Below are positions 30,868 to 39,652 of a stretch of 64,000 bases of DNA, piece by piece. Source of the DNA: Spirochaetia bacterium. Lineage in GTDB: Bacteria > Spirochaetota > Spirochaetia > SZUA-6 > Bin103. Each line of letters begins with the position of its first letter. Position 1 is the stretch's first letter. The stretch lies in the NCBI GenBank assembly GCA_965199955.1, contig CBDATQ010000001.1, forward strand, positions 1,696,001 through 1,760,000. The letters run 5' to 3'. A model generated the notes under the pieces. The model was not told the origin of the DNA. It saw only the letters and a list, made by a program, of their open reading frames with translations, and ran no database searches. The position numbers were made by a program, and so were the translations under genes.

Positions 30868-31254
30868 CTACCTGCTGCCTGCGGCGGCGTGGAGGGCCTG
30901 GTCGAAGGTCTTGATCTGCTTTACGCCGCGTCGGCGGCAGCTCGCCAGATGGCACAGGTCTCGCGCTCCCAGGCCGAGGTGTGTGTCGCTGAGCTGGCGG
31001 GCAAGCGTGACGTCCTCATACTCAAGAGGCCACACATCGACTCCCGATCCGGCAAGCAGCGCGAGCGCGGCATCCAGGGTCTGCAGTCTGCCGACCGGCA
31101 CGTAGGCGTGGAGCATCTCCTGTACCACTTCGGCGGAGGTGCACAGAGGCGTGTCGTCGCGGGCGGACACCTTGAAGAACTCCCGAGCAAGATCTCGAAG
31201 AGGATGCCGTCGCCCGACGGCGTACATGAAGACGTTGGTGTCGACGAACGTCAC
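30868..31254 (-). CDS. vapC: VapC-family PIN toxin
   Basis: FVDTNVFMYA, TSAEV.QE, ARD..HLA, TFD. Confidence 0.88.
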   Translation of the reverse strand: MTFVDTNVFMYAVGRRHPLRDLAREFFKVSARDDTPLCTSAEVVQEMLHAYVPVGRLQTLDAALALLAGSGVDVWPLEYEDVTLARQLSDTHLGLGARDLCHLASCRRRGVKQIKTFDQALHAAAGSR

Positions 31255-31526
31255 GTGCGAGCCGCTCCACGCCTGCGTGACTCGTTGATCACGTTCAGGT
31301 GTTCGTTCCAGTCGGGTTCCGACTCCGGGCCTGGAAGCTCGTCACATTCCAGGAAGAACGCATCGAGTTCGTCGGGCGACTCGAACGCAGCGGACCGTTG
31401 CAGGCGTTCCAGCCGTTCGTGGGCCGCTGTTCTGAGCCACCCGCTCAGCGTCATGCCCTCACGCCGAGCCTGATGCACGAATCGATCTCGATCCTCTTCC
31501 GGGATCACAAGTTGCACTCTTGCCAT
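31251..31526 (-). CDS. Antitoxin (RHH/CopG-like)
   Basis: MARVQLVIP.ED...F...ARREG.TLS.WLR; overlaps the toxin start. Confidence 0.8.
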   Translation of the reverse strand: MARVQLVIPEEDRDRFVHQARREGMTLSGWLRTAAHERLERLQRSAAFESPDELDAFFLECDELPGPESEPDWNEHLNVINESRRRGAART

Positions 31527-31549
31527 GATGTCTCTCAGTCGCCGCGTCG

Positions 31550-31568
31550 TGTGTATGTATCATACACA
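31550..31568. promoter_or_regulatory. Palindromic operator upstream of the toxin-antitoxin operon
   Basis: TGTGTATG-TAT-CATACACA, a perfect 8-bp inverted repeat. Confidence 0.6.
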
Positions 31569-31691
31569 TAAGCTTCAAGCATGCTTCAAGGGGCGGTGGG
31601 CTACAGTGCCTGTCCCGGAGGCGACGCCGTCGACGTCGGAGTGGCCGACAGGTTCCGTCGGGGCGTATCATTGCACGCCTCAGGTAAGCCG

Positions 31692-32267
31692 ATGAGCAGG
31701 GAGCTGTTGCGTCTCGGGTACTACCCCAAGCTGATCCGCGAACCCACGGAGATTCACAATTCGGACATGCTCGCTCTCAAGGAGATTTGTTGCGTCACCG
31801 AGTGTGGCGGGTATGAAGCGCCGGACGGTTGGATCGATCACGGGAAGCACAACGCCGACACGTGGCTCTTCGACACACCGGAGGCGGCGTGGTCGGTCGT
31901 GCCCGCGCGCGGACCGGAGCGGTACCGTCTCTACGCGTACCGTCTCCTGCCAACGTTGTTTCACGAGTCCGGAGAGGAGACCGAACATCCGTTGTCGGAG
32001 TTGACGGCGGTCCCCATACCGGATGGGTTCTCCCGTCTCGGTTACGACGCTGTGGTGCGGGACGTCGGCAAGACCGAGGGAGACCTGAACTTCCCGTCGG
32101 GCTTCGGCTGCTCGCCGCTGTGCTGCAACGGCATGGCCGAGGAATACCCCGTAAACCGGTACTGCCTGGTCGACGATCTGGATGCGGCGATCGCCATGGC
32201 TCGCGACTTCGCTGCCGGCAACTGCGAGCCCGGCCCGTACTGCGTGGTCGAGGTCTGGCGGCGCTAG
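31692..32267 (+). CDS. Hypothetical Cys-rich protein
   Basis: EICCVTEC, LGYDAV, CSPLCCN, NRYCL, CEPGPY; protein-like composition. Confidence 0.65.
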   Translation: MSRELLRLGYYPKLIREPTEIHNSDMLALKEICCVTECGGYEAPDGWIDHGKHNADTWLFDTPEAAWSVVPARGPERYRLYAYRLLPTLFHESGEETEHPLSELTAVPIPDGFSRLGYDAVVRDVGKTEGDLNFPSGFGCSPLCCNGMAEEYPVNRYCLVDDLDAAIAMARDFAAGNCEPGPYCVVEVWRR

Positions 32268-32790
32268 CCGTAGCGGCCGTCAGCCGCGCCAGGGCTCGTT
32301 TCGTCGCGGCGATAGCGGCTGGCCAGGTACTCGTCGACCGATGTGCGGGAGCTGCGCCAGTGACCGTCGGAGCCGCGCGTAGTGCCGAAGCCTTCATGCC
32401 GGGGGTCTCGAGCGCGGCCAGTGGCACGAGCCGGTCCGGGTCGGCGACGGCCGGGATGACGAATCGGTGGAGGCTGTCGAGTATCGCCCGGGCGAGCATC
32501 TCGCCCAGAGCGCTTGCGTCTCCCGTGTCCGCTCGCTGCAGCGCGCGCAGGTACCGGGCGCGGTCGCGCTTGTAGATGATGGCGGGCGGATAGCCGTGAC
32601 GGACCAGGACGAGGTTAAGGAGCAGCCGTCCGGTCCGCCGGTTGCCGTCGAGAAACGGGTGGATCTGCTCGAACCGGCAATGGAGTGCGGCGAGCGCCTC
32701 GGGAAAGGCCACTCTGCTGGAATCGAGGGCGTTCACCTGGTCGACCCAGCTCGCCATCTCCGCGGGGACGAAGGGCCAGGAGTCTCAGTT
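32264..32790 (-). pseudogene. Fic-family protein remnant
   Basis: HPFLDGNRRTGR (canonical HPFxDGNGRxxR, G to R); N-terminus lost; frame change near the C-terminus. Confidence 0.75.
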
Positions 32791-32846
32791 CACCAGGCGC
32801 TCAAGCTCCGCGAAGAGTGAGCGAAGCGTTCACGCTATGATCCGGC

Positions 32847-32864
32847 GGGGGGGGGGGGGGGGGG
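32847..32864 (+). repeat. G18 homopolymer directly upstream of a start codon
   Basis: 18 consecutive G ending 4 nt before the ATG at 32869. Confidence 0.9.
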
Positions 32865-32868
32865 ACCT

Positions 32869-33753
32869 ATGAGCGACCTGGAATTCACCGATACGCACGT
32901 TCACTTCTACGACCTGCGCGATCCCGGCCTGCACTACTCGTGGCTGGTCCCGGATGCCGAGGAGGATCCCGATCTGGGCAACCACGACGCGCTCAAGGCC
33001 GTCCGCTACTGGGCCGACGACTTCATCGCGGAATCGCGCCTGGCCGGCACCACCAAGGCCGTGCACGTGCAGGCAGCGCTCGGCATCGAGGACCCGGTGG
33101 AGGAGACCCGCTTCGTGCAGGGGTTCGCCGACCGCCTGGGGTTCCCGCTCACCATCGTCGCCTTCTGCGACCTGACCTCCGGCGACGCCGAGCGCGTGAT
33201 CGAGCGGCACGTGGAGTATCCCGGCGTGTGCGGGATCCGTGACCTGCGCTACGACGACTACCTGACCGACCCGAGGTGGGAGCGCGGGTATGCGCTGCTG
33301 GAGCGGCATGGGCTGGTCTGCTGCGACGACCCGCTGGTGCCGGTCATGGGCGACGCGGTGAAGCTGGTCGAGCGCTACCCCGGCATCACCTACTGCATCG
33401 ATCACACCGGCTTTCCGCGGCGGCGCGATCCCGAGTACTTCGAGGAGTGGAAGCGCGGCATGCGCTCGCTGGCCGCCTTCGACCACACCGTGGTCAAGAT
33501 CTCCGGTTTGGGCATGTGCGACCACCGCTGGACGGTCGACTCGATCCGCCCCTGGGTGCTGGAGTGCATCGACGCCTGGGGCGTCGAGCGCTCGTTCTTC
33601 GGCACCAACTGGCCGGTGGACCGGCTGTTCTCGTCCTATACCGACGTCATCCAGGCGTACCGGCAGATCATCGCCGACTTCAGCCACGACGAGCAGGTGG
33701 CGCTGTTCTCCGGCAACGCCGACCGCATCTTCCGCCTCAAGCCGGCTGAGTGA
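32869..33753 (+). CDS. Amidohydrolase family 2 (sugar-lactonase-like)
   Basis: DTHVH, VHVQA, IDHTG, VKISGL, FGTNWP. Confidence 0.88.
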   Translation: MSDLEFTDTHVHFYDLRDPGLHYSWLVPDAEEDPDLGNHDALKAVRYWADDFIAESRLAGTTKAVHVQAALGIEDPVEETRFVQGFADRLGFPLTIVAFCDLTSGDAERVIERHVEYPGVCGIRDLRYDDYLTDPRWERGYALLERHGLVCCDDPLVPVMGDAVKLVERYPGITYCIDHTGFPRRRDPEYFEEWKRGMRSLAAFDHTVVKISGLGMCDHRWTVDSIRPWVLECIDAWGVERSFFGTNWPVDRLFSSYTDVIQAYRQIIADFSHDEQVALFSGNADRIFRLKPAE

Positions 33754-33869
33754 GCGTGTTGCGCGCCGGCGGGCACCACTGGGACGTGGCGATCGCGAAG
33801 CGGTTCGCCCACTGGTCGGAGCGGCTGGTGGCGGCCGTCCGCGACGGCTCCCCCCGTGGCCGAGTCCGT

Positions 33870-34059
33870 GCACTCCTATCTGACTCGGCTTCTCGGGTGG
33901 CCGCCTGGACTTTGTCCTCGCCCCTGCTGCCGCCACCGGCGATGAATTGCCAATAATTCGACTCTTCGCGCAAGAAGGCCGCATATTGAATCGCGGAAAG
34001 AATCGTTGAATGTCGTGGATTAGCTCTTGGCGCTGCTTTTCGGATAGCTGGAACTCCAT
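33870..34059 (-). pseudogene. Mosaic remnant: DUF2164-like N-terminus plus NUDIX fragment
   Basis: MEFQLSEKQRQELIHDIQRFF followed in another frame by YWQFIAGGG..GE....AATREA. Confidence 0.4.
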
Positions 34060-34094
34060 CCTTCCGGGTATCCTCATTGTCAACGGTTTGCTAC

Positions 34095-34955
34095 ATGATC
34101 GATTTTCAGAGGTCGCTGTTCACGCGCAAGTCGCAGCCGTGGCATCCGCACCGGTACTACCGGTATCACGGCGGGTTCGTGGGCACGCCGGGGCAGGCGT
34201 ACCACGTGCGGTTCACGCTGGAGGCGGCCTGTACGGTCGAGCACCACGCGTCCGGCACCACGGCCGAGCTGTTCCTGGGCGCGCCGTGCCGGAGCGAGTA
34301 TACAATCGCCAGCCGCAATCTGTTCCAGGTGCCGAGCGGCGAGTACCGCATGGCGTTCAGCCGCGCCGCGAAGCTGAACCTGGCCACCGGACCCTCGACC
34401 GAGTCGGAACCGGCAAGCACGGAGCCGCTGGGTGCCGGCTATCAGGACCACACCATCGACGTCAGAGCCTGCCCCGGCTCCAGCCGCCTGACCGGCGCTG
34501 CCGAGGTGGTACAGGCGACCCTGCGCCACGACCTGCTCAACGCGCAGAGCCGTTACGTCAGCGACGGCTTCACCGTGACGGTCGAGTACCCGGTCAACCT
34601 GATCAACCTCAACGGGGAGGACGCCGAGTTCCAGGTCTGCACCGGGCCCGTCCTGCTGCCCGATCTGGCCACGTGGGACGGGCAGCAGCCGGGGCGCGTG
34701 TTCCTGGCGCACGCCGCCTTCTCCGCGTTCGACCACGTGGAGTTCATTTTGCGCCGGCAGGTGGAGGCCGCGCCGGAGGAGCGGCGCTGGCTCGACCTGC
34801 CGCGCGGCCGCGACCGGTTCGAGCTCATCGATCCCGCGGTGTCCCCGCCCGGCCATCCGCCGCGTCGCCCTCGGCCGTACGCCTACAACGAGGTCTGGGA
34901 GCTGCCCGCAGAGAACGCGATCCTGGCCGCGGCCAACGACGCCCCGCGTCGCTGA
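34095..34955 (+). CDS. Uncharacterised protein (paralogue of 62969..63706)
   Basis: Shared motifs VRF..E, CxSE.T, EYPV..N, QVxTGPV..PD. Confidence 0.75.
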   Translation: MIDFQRSLFTRKSQPWHPHRYYRYHGGFVGTPGQAYHVRFTLEAACTVEHHASGTTAELFLGAPCRSEYTIASRNLFQVPSGEYRMAFSRAAKLNLATGPSTESEPASTEPLGAGYQDHTIDVRACPGSSRLTGAAEVVQATLRHDLLNAQSRYVSDGFTVTVEYPVNLINLNGEDAEFQVCTGPVLLPDLATWDGQQPGRVFLAHAAFSAFDHVEFILRRQVEAAPEERRWLDLPRGRDRFELIDPAVSPPGHPPRRPRPYAYNEVWELPAENAILAAANDAPRR

Positions 34956-34964
34956 GAACTACGA

Positions 34965-35270
34965 CTCGTAGAGCGAGAGCTTGCCGCGGCGCACGTCGGT
35001 GGTGTTGTCCACCTCCAGCACGACGTCCGGGAGCATGTCGCTGCCGACCTCTATCGCGGGACCCGCCGGCCGCGTCTCGCGCGGGTGCAGATACACCGTC
35101 TGACTCGCCCTCCAGGATGCGCAGATAGGCGCCCTGCTCGTCGCGCATCAGAAGGTCGGCTGCCTGCCCCGAGGGTGCCGATCGGCGATCCGCGCGTCTG
35201 GGCGATCAGGGTCAGCAGCTCGCGAAGGCGTTGCCCCGGGTGTTCGTGGTAGATGCTGACCGGCGCGCGC
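34965..35270 (-). pseudogene. Uma2-family endonuclease remnant
   Basis: YHEHPGQRL, QTVYLHP, LPDVVLEVDNTTDVRRGKLSLYES*; frameshifts and a premature stop. Confidence 0.6.
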
Positions 35271-35315
35271 ACCGGGTTTGACCTGAGGCCGGCGGCGGTG
35301 TCTGATATCCGCGCC

Positions 35316-36041
35316 ATGGCAACTCATCAGACCACCCTCAAGGACAAAGTCCGCTCGGGCGCTCCGCTCCTCGGCGCCGCGGTGCCGATGTTTTCCGACC
35401 GCCCGCGGCTGGCGCAGCTCGCCGCCCGCCACCGCTACGACTGGTTCCAGGTCGACGCCCAGCACTCGGCCTTCGCGGAGGTCAGGCTGCGCGATTTCTG
35501 CAAGATCGCCGCCGAACTGTCGATGCCGGTGGTGCTGCGCATCAAGCACACGCGCCTCACCTTCCTGATCGGCAACCTGCTCGACCTGGGCCCGGCCGGC
35601 ATCGAGGTGCCGCAGGTGGAGCTCGAGGCCACGGTGGACGAGGCGGTGGCCAACTTCTACTACCCGCCGGACGGCGTTCGCAGCATGGGCGGCCAGGACC
35701 GTTATCGCTTCATCGACCAGACGCTCGACGAGTACATCGAGCTCTGGCACCGCACCGGCGTGCTCGCCATGCAGATCGAGTCCATCACCGCGGCCACCGC
35801 CGCGCGCCGCCTGGTCCGGCCCGGGGTCGACTTCGTCACCTTCGGTCCCTCCGACATGACGCTCGACATACGGCGCTATCCCAATCACGCCCTCAAGACG
35901 GTCGAAGACTGCGTCGCCTACGTGGCCAACGACCTGCAGGGCACCGGTGTGCGCGCCTGCATGCGCGTGGCGGCCGGCGACGACACCTCCCACTTCGAGA
36001 AAATGGGGGTGACCATGTTCCTGGAGAACCAGATTCCGTAG
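35316..36041 (+). CDS. HpcH/HpaI aldolase family protein
   Basis: VDAQHS, LLDLG..GI.VP.V, YPP.G.RS, QIES, FGPSD. Confidence 0.85.
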   Translation: MATHQTTLKDKVRSGAPLLGAAVPMFSDRPRLAQLAARHRYDWFQVDAQHSAFAEVRLRDFCKIAAELSMPVVLRIKHTRLTFLIGNLLDLGPAGIEVPQVELEATVDEAVANFYYPPDGVRSMGGQDRYRFIDQTLDEYIELWHRTGVLAMQIESITAATAARRLVRPGVDFVTFGPSDMTLDIRRYPNHALKTVEDCVAYVANDLQGTGVRACMRVAAGDDTSHFEKMGVTMFLENQIP

Positions 36042-37673
36042 TCACGCGGGGCGGACCGGCTCCAGCCCGGAGGGGGTGACGCGGATCCGCTGTGCGCGGG
36101 CCAGGGTCCGGAAGGTGTCCCAGTACACGTAGAGGACCTCGTCCGGGGCGACCTCGACCATCGAGCCCATCGCCCACAGGCCGGTGTCGATCATCGTGCC
36201 CTGGTCCCAGGTCAGCCCGTCGTCGTGGCTGCAGTGCAGTGTCAGCCCCGGCATGCGGTGGGCGATCAGCAGCGCCCCGGAGGCGGCGCGCACCATGTTG
36301 GGCGAGGCGTAGCCGGCGAACGGCCCGCGCACCGCCGGTCCCCAGGTGCGGCCTCCGTCGTCCGACCAGCTCTCCCACATCACGGGGGAGTAGATCGGCC
36401 GCATGTAGGCGATGACGCGGCCCGAACCGAGCTCCGTCGCCGTGCACTCGGTGAGGTCCAGGTTGCCCTCCATCGGCGTGCCGTCGTCGAGGAAGCCGGG
36501 CGTGTCGACGTTCACCGGCGCGCTCCAGGTGGCGCCGTCGTCGTCGCTTCGCGCGCAGAACGCCTGGCAGTGCCAGGAGCCCCACGTATGGAGCGACAGC
36601 GGGTTGTCGTGCATGTCCTTGCCGAGCAACAGGAAGGCAAGGACGCCGCCGTCGGCCAGGTTCAGGAAGCCCATCGGCGCCAGGCTCTGCACCGGCGGGT
36701 CCTTGGGCGGCCCGACGTGCAGGTTGATGGTGCCGGCCTCGCTCCAGGTGCGGCCGCGGTCGCCCGAGTCGTACACCCGCTTGTGGTCGGTGCCCGGCAG
36801 CATCGCGATCAGGCGTCCCCGCGGGGTGAGGTGCATGCGCGCCGGTGACCAGGAGCTGGCCAGATCGCCCAGGCCGAGCGGCTGCAACTCCGACCAGGTG
36901 CGGCCGTCGTCGGCCGAGCGGGTCAGGAACGGCTGCGCGTGCGCGGTCAGGGCGTCCGAGGTGTCGTCCTGCACGTTCACGAGCATCAGCAGCTCGCCGT
37001 CGTCGAAGCGCTTGATGTCGGTCGGCTGCTGCCAGTACCCGGGTCCGGCCGGCAGCGGGTGCCACCAGTTGGTGGGGTGCTCGAACCCGGGACGCCAGAC
37101 CGGCGGCGCGGATCGCCCGTCGACGCGGACGTTGCCGAGCTCCGCCTTTCCGAACAGGTAGGCGCCGACTGCGCCGGGGCCGGCGTACGTGCCGTCGCGT
37201 ACCTCGAAGCGGCCGTAGTCGCCGACGCGCACGGTGAAGCGGTCGCCCTGCAGGGTGATCTCGCAGCGCATCCGGATGCCGTTGGTGCTCGGCACCCGTG
37301 GGAGCATCTGCAGCCGGATCAGCTCCAGGTAGCCGGCGTCGCCCATTTTCGACAGCGCTGCCCAGAAGTGCTGCGCGCGCGACGCCTGGCCGCAGTTGGG
37401 AAAGTGCACGAGGTAGAAGTGGGACTCGTCGCGGGCCCGCAGGATGATGCCGGTGTCGCTGTGGCTACGCAGCATGAAGTCGAAGCTGACCCGGCAGTCC
37501 TGCAGGGCGCGGGTGCGATCGAACGCGAAGTGCGCGCCCTGCAGGGGGGCGATCTCGGCGTCCGCCAGGTCGGGCGGAATCTTCAGCGCGCCGTCGCCTC
37601 CGTCCGTCCAGGCGCCGTTGACGAAACGCCAACCCGAGCCGTCGCCGATCGTGAGGGGAGTGGTGGTGGCCAT
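36042..37673 (-). CDS. Sialidase-like (BNR/Asp-box) protein with N-terminal lectin-like domain
   Basis: Five SxDxGxTW Asp-boxes; N-terminal DTGIILRA.D...FY beta-sandwich. Confidence 0.8.
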   Translation of the reverse strand: MATTTPLTIGDGSGWRFVNGAWTDGGDGALKIPPDLADAEIAPLQGAHFAFDRTRALQDCRVSFDFMLRSHSDTGIILRARDESHFYLVHFPNCGQASRAQHFWAALSKMGDAGYLELIRLQMLPRVPSTNGIRMRCEITLQGDRFTVRVGDYGRFEVRDGTYAGPGAVGAYLFGKAELGNVRVDGRSAPPVWRPGFEHPTNWWHPLPAGPGYWQQPTDIKRFDDGELLMLVNVQDDTSDALTAHAQPFLTRSADDGRTWSELQPLGLGDLASSWSPARMHLTPRGRLIAMLPGTDHKRVYDSGDRGRTWSEAGTINLHVGPPKDPPVQSLAPMGFLNLADGGVLAFLLLGKDMHDNPLSLHTWGSWHCQAFCARSDDDGATWSAPVNVDTPGFLDDGTPMEGNLDLTECTATELGSGRVIAYMRPIYSPVMWESWSDDGGRTWGPAVRGPFAGYASPNMVRAASGALLIAHRMPGLTLHCSHDDGLTWDQGTMIDTGLWAMGSMVEVAPDEVLYVYWDTFRTLARAQRIRVTPSGLEPVRPA

Positions 37674-37687
37674 GCGCGCAGTGTATG

Positions 37688-38776
37688 TCAGGCGTCGGCC
37701 GCGGGCACGTGCTCGCGCAGCAAAGCTCCGGCCAGCAGATCGCGGAACCGATCGTAGCGGGTGCTGCAGCCGACGACGTAGCAGTCGTCCTCACGGTACT
37801 TGCGGATGCCGGACAGCAACGGCACCGCCAGCCTGCCGTCCGGTTCCGTCAGGGCGGCGTCCCGACCGGGCACGAGCACCCGGTCGCGGATGTCGCGGAC
37901 CTCCAGCACCTCGCCGTCCGGGTCGACGTGGGCGGCGTAGTGCGGGTCGGCGAGCCGGCAGCGCGCCCGCGCGTAGAAGCCAAGCTGCAGTTCGTTCGGC
38001 AGCTCCCACAGGAACAGCCGCACGTCGTGGTCGAGGGCAAGGCGCTCCACGAAGCGCGCGCCCCCCAGCACCGGCGCACCGCTCACCGACAGGTCGTAGT
38101 CGTTCTCCACCGGGTGCCGCCAGCCCAGGATGGATGGGATCATCGCCTTCCAGGTCATCGCGCACTGCTCGAACCCCTCGCCGAAGGCCACCGAAGTGAC
38201 GGTGCGCGGGTCGCAGGTGAAGCCGCGCGTCGCCATCTCGGTCTCCAGGAAGCCGGCGTACAGGTAATTGTTGGCGATCACCTTCAGCGCGCCGGTCCCC
38301 CAGGAGTAGCCGTCGCGCGCGCACGCGGCCTCGATCTCGGACCGGATCGGCGCGCGATGTTCCGCCGGGATGCTCGCCCAGTACGCCGCGCAGCCGGCAT
38401 GGTCGGGGTCGTGTAGCACGTGACGGATCGGCTCCGGCACGCCGTCCAGGCCTGCCGGCTCGGTGATCACTGCGCCGCGCTCGACCAGGCATCGGTCGCC
38501 CAGCGTGTCGAGCGCGTGACGCTCCAGGTCGCTCATCAGGCCGTTGTCGCCGATCGGGTGCAGGTAGAGCAGCTCGCCGGGCCGCATGGCGGCGATGAAC
38601 TCCTTCTGCAGGGCGACGACCCGGCGCTCGCGATTGCGCGCGGCGTACCACCAGGAGCGGCGCACGCCGTACGTCTCCAGGAACTCGGGATCGGGCGCCT
38701 CGCTCATGGCCCAGCAGGCCGGATGGAACAGGAAGACGATGCGGTCGATCACACGCGTCCGCGCCACGGGCGGCAT
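37688..38776 (-). CDS. Uncharacterised protein (paralogue of 38794..39648)
   Basis: IVFLFHPAC, FGEGFEQC, DVRLFLWELP; true start may be the GTG at 38767. Confidence 0.75.
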   Translation of the reverse strand: MPPVARTRVIDRIVFLFHPACWAMSEAPDPEFLETYGVRRSWWYAARNRERRVVALQKEFIAAMRPGELLYLHPIGDNGLMSDLERHALDTLGDRCLVERGAVITEPAGLDGVPEPIRHVLHDPDHAGCAAYWASIPAEHRAPIRSEIEAACARDGYSWGTGALKVIANNYLYAGFLETEMATRGFTCDPRTVTSVAFGEGFEQCAMTWKAMIPSILGWRHPVENDYDLSVSGAPVLGGARFVERLALDHDVRLFLWELPNELQLGFYARARCRLADPHYAAHVDPDGEVLEVRDIRDRVLVPGRDAALTEPDGRLAVPLLSGIRKYREDDCYVVGCSTRYDRFRDLLAGALLREHVPAADA

Positions 38777-38793
38777 GGTAGCCTGTCCGGCCG

Positions 38794-39648
38794 ATGAGCG
38801 GCCGAACCGGGGAGCGACCTTGCGGCTCCATCATCTTCCTCATCCACCCGTGTTGCTACGAGGTGCTGTCGGACGAGCAGGTGCGCGCCGACAACCTGGA
38901 CCTTTTCGTCCGCATGGAGCGGGAAGTAAAGGAGCGCTGGCTCGCGGATCTGCGGGGCCGCAGGGAGCCGACGCTGTTCGTGCAGCTTGGCGGTCCCGGG
39001 TACCTGGCCGAAGCGGCTGCCGCGGCGCTCGGCGCGCCGTATGCGCTGCGCTTCACCACCGAGTTCGATGGATCGATCACCCGCTTCTACGAGGGATTGA
39101 CAGCCGAGTTCCATCGCCACGTCGCGGCGCATCGCGTGGCGCTCGACCTGGATACCGTGGCGTCCGAGCTCTGGGGCGAGTCGTTCGAGGGCTGCGTGCC
39201 GGGCTACGGCGGCGCCTTCGCCCAGTACCTGCCGCTCGGGCGGGCGCCGAGGATGCGCTTCGAGATGACCGTGCACGACTCTCGCCTGCTGTACGGCCAT
39301 CGCGGGCACGAGGTGATTCCGTTGCCCGGCACCGACGTCGAGGCATGGCTGTTCGAGCTGCCGGACGGCACCGGCGCCGCCATGTTCCAGGCGCGGCGGC
39401 ACGCGCAGTGGATCGACCGCCGGCGCATCGGCCTCAGGCTCGACGACCGGCGCATCCAGGTGCGCACGAAGCTCGGCCACACGGTCTGGCCGCCCGAGCC
39501 GTGGGAGAAAGGCAAGCCGGAGCTGGTCTGCGACTACAGCATGGAGCTCATGGAGTGCATCTGGCGCTGGGTCCACTCGGTCGGCATGCCGCTGGACCGT
39601 TTCCGGGAGGTCATCGCCGGCGCCGTGGTCCACGACGCGGCTGACTGA
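38794..39648 (+). CDS. Uncharacterised protein (paralogue of 37688..38776)
   Basis: IIFLIHPCC, WGESFEGC, DVEAWLFELP. Confidence 0.75.
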   Translation: MSGRTGERPCGSIIFLIHPCCYEVLSDEQVRADNLDLFVRMEREVKERWLADLRGRREPTLFVQLGGPGYLAEAAAAALGAPYALRFTTEFDGSITRFYEGLTAEFHRHVAAHRVALDLDTVASELWGESFEGCVPGYGGAFAQYLPLGRAPRMRFEMTVHDSRLLYGHRGHEVIPLPGTDVEAWLFELPDGTGAAMFQARRHAQWIDRRRIGLRLDDRRIQVRTKLGHTVWPPEPWEKGKPELVCDYSMELMECIWRWVHSVGMPLDRFREVIAGAVVHDAAD

Positions 39649-39652
39649 GGGG

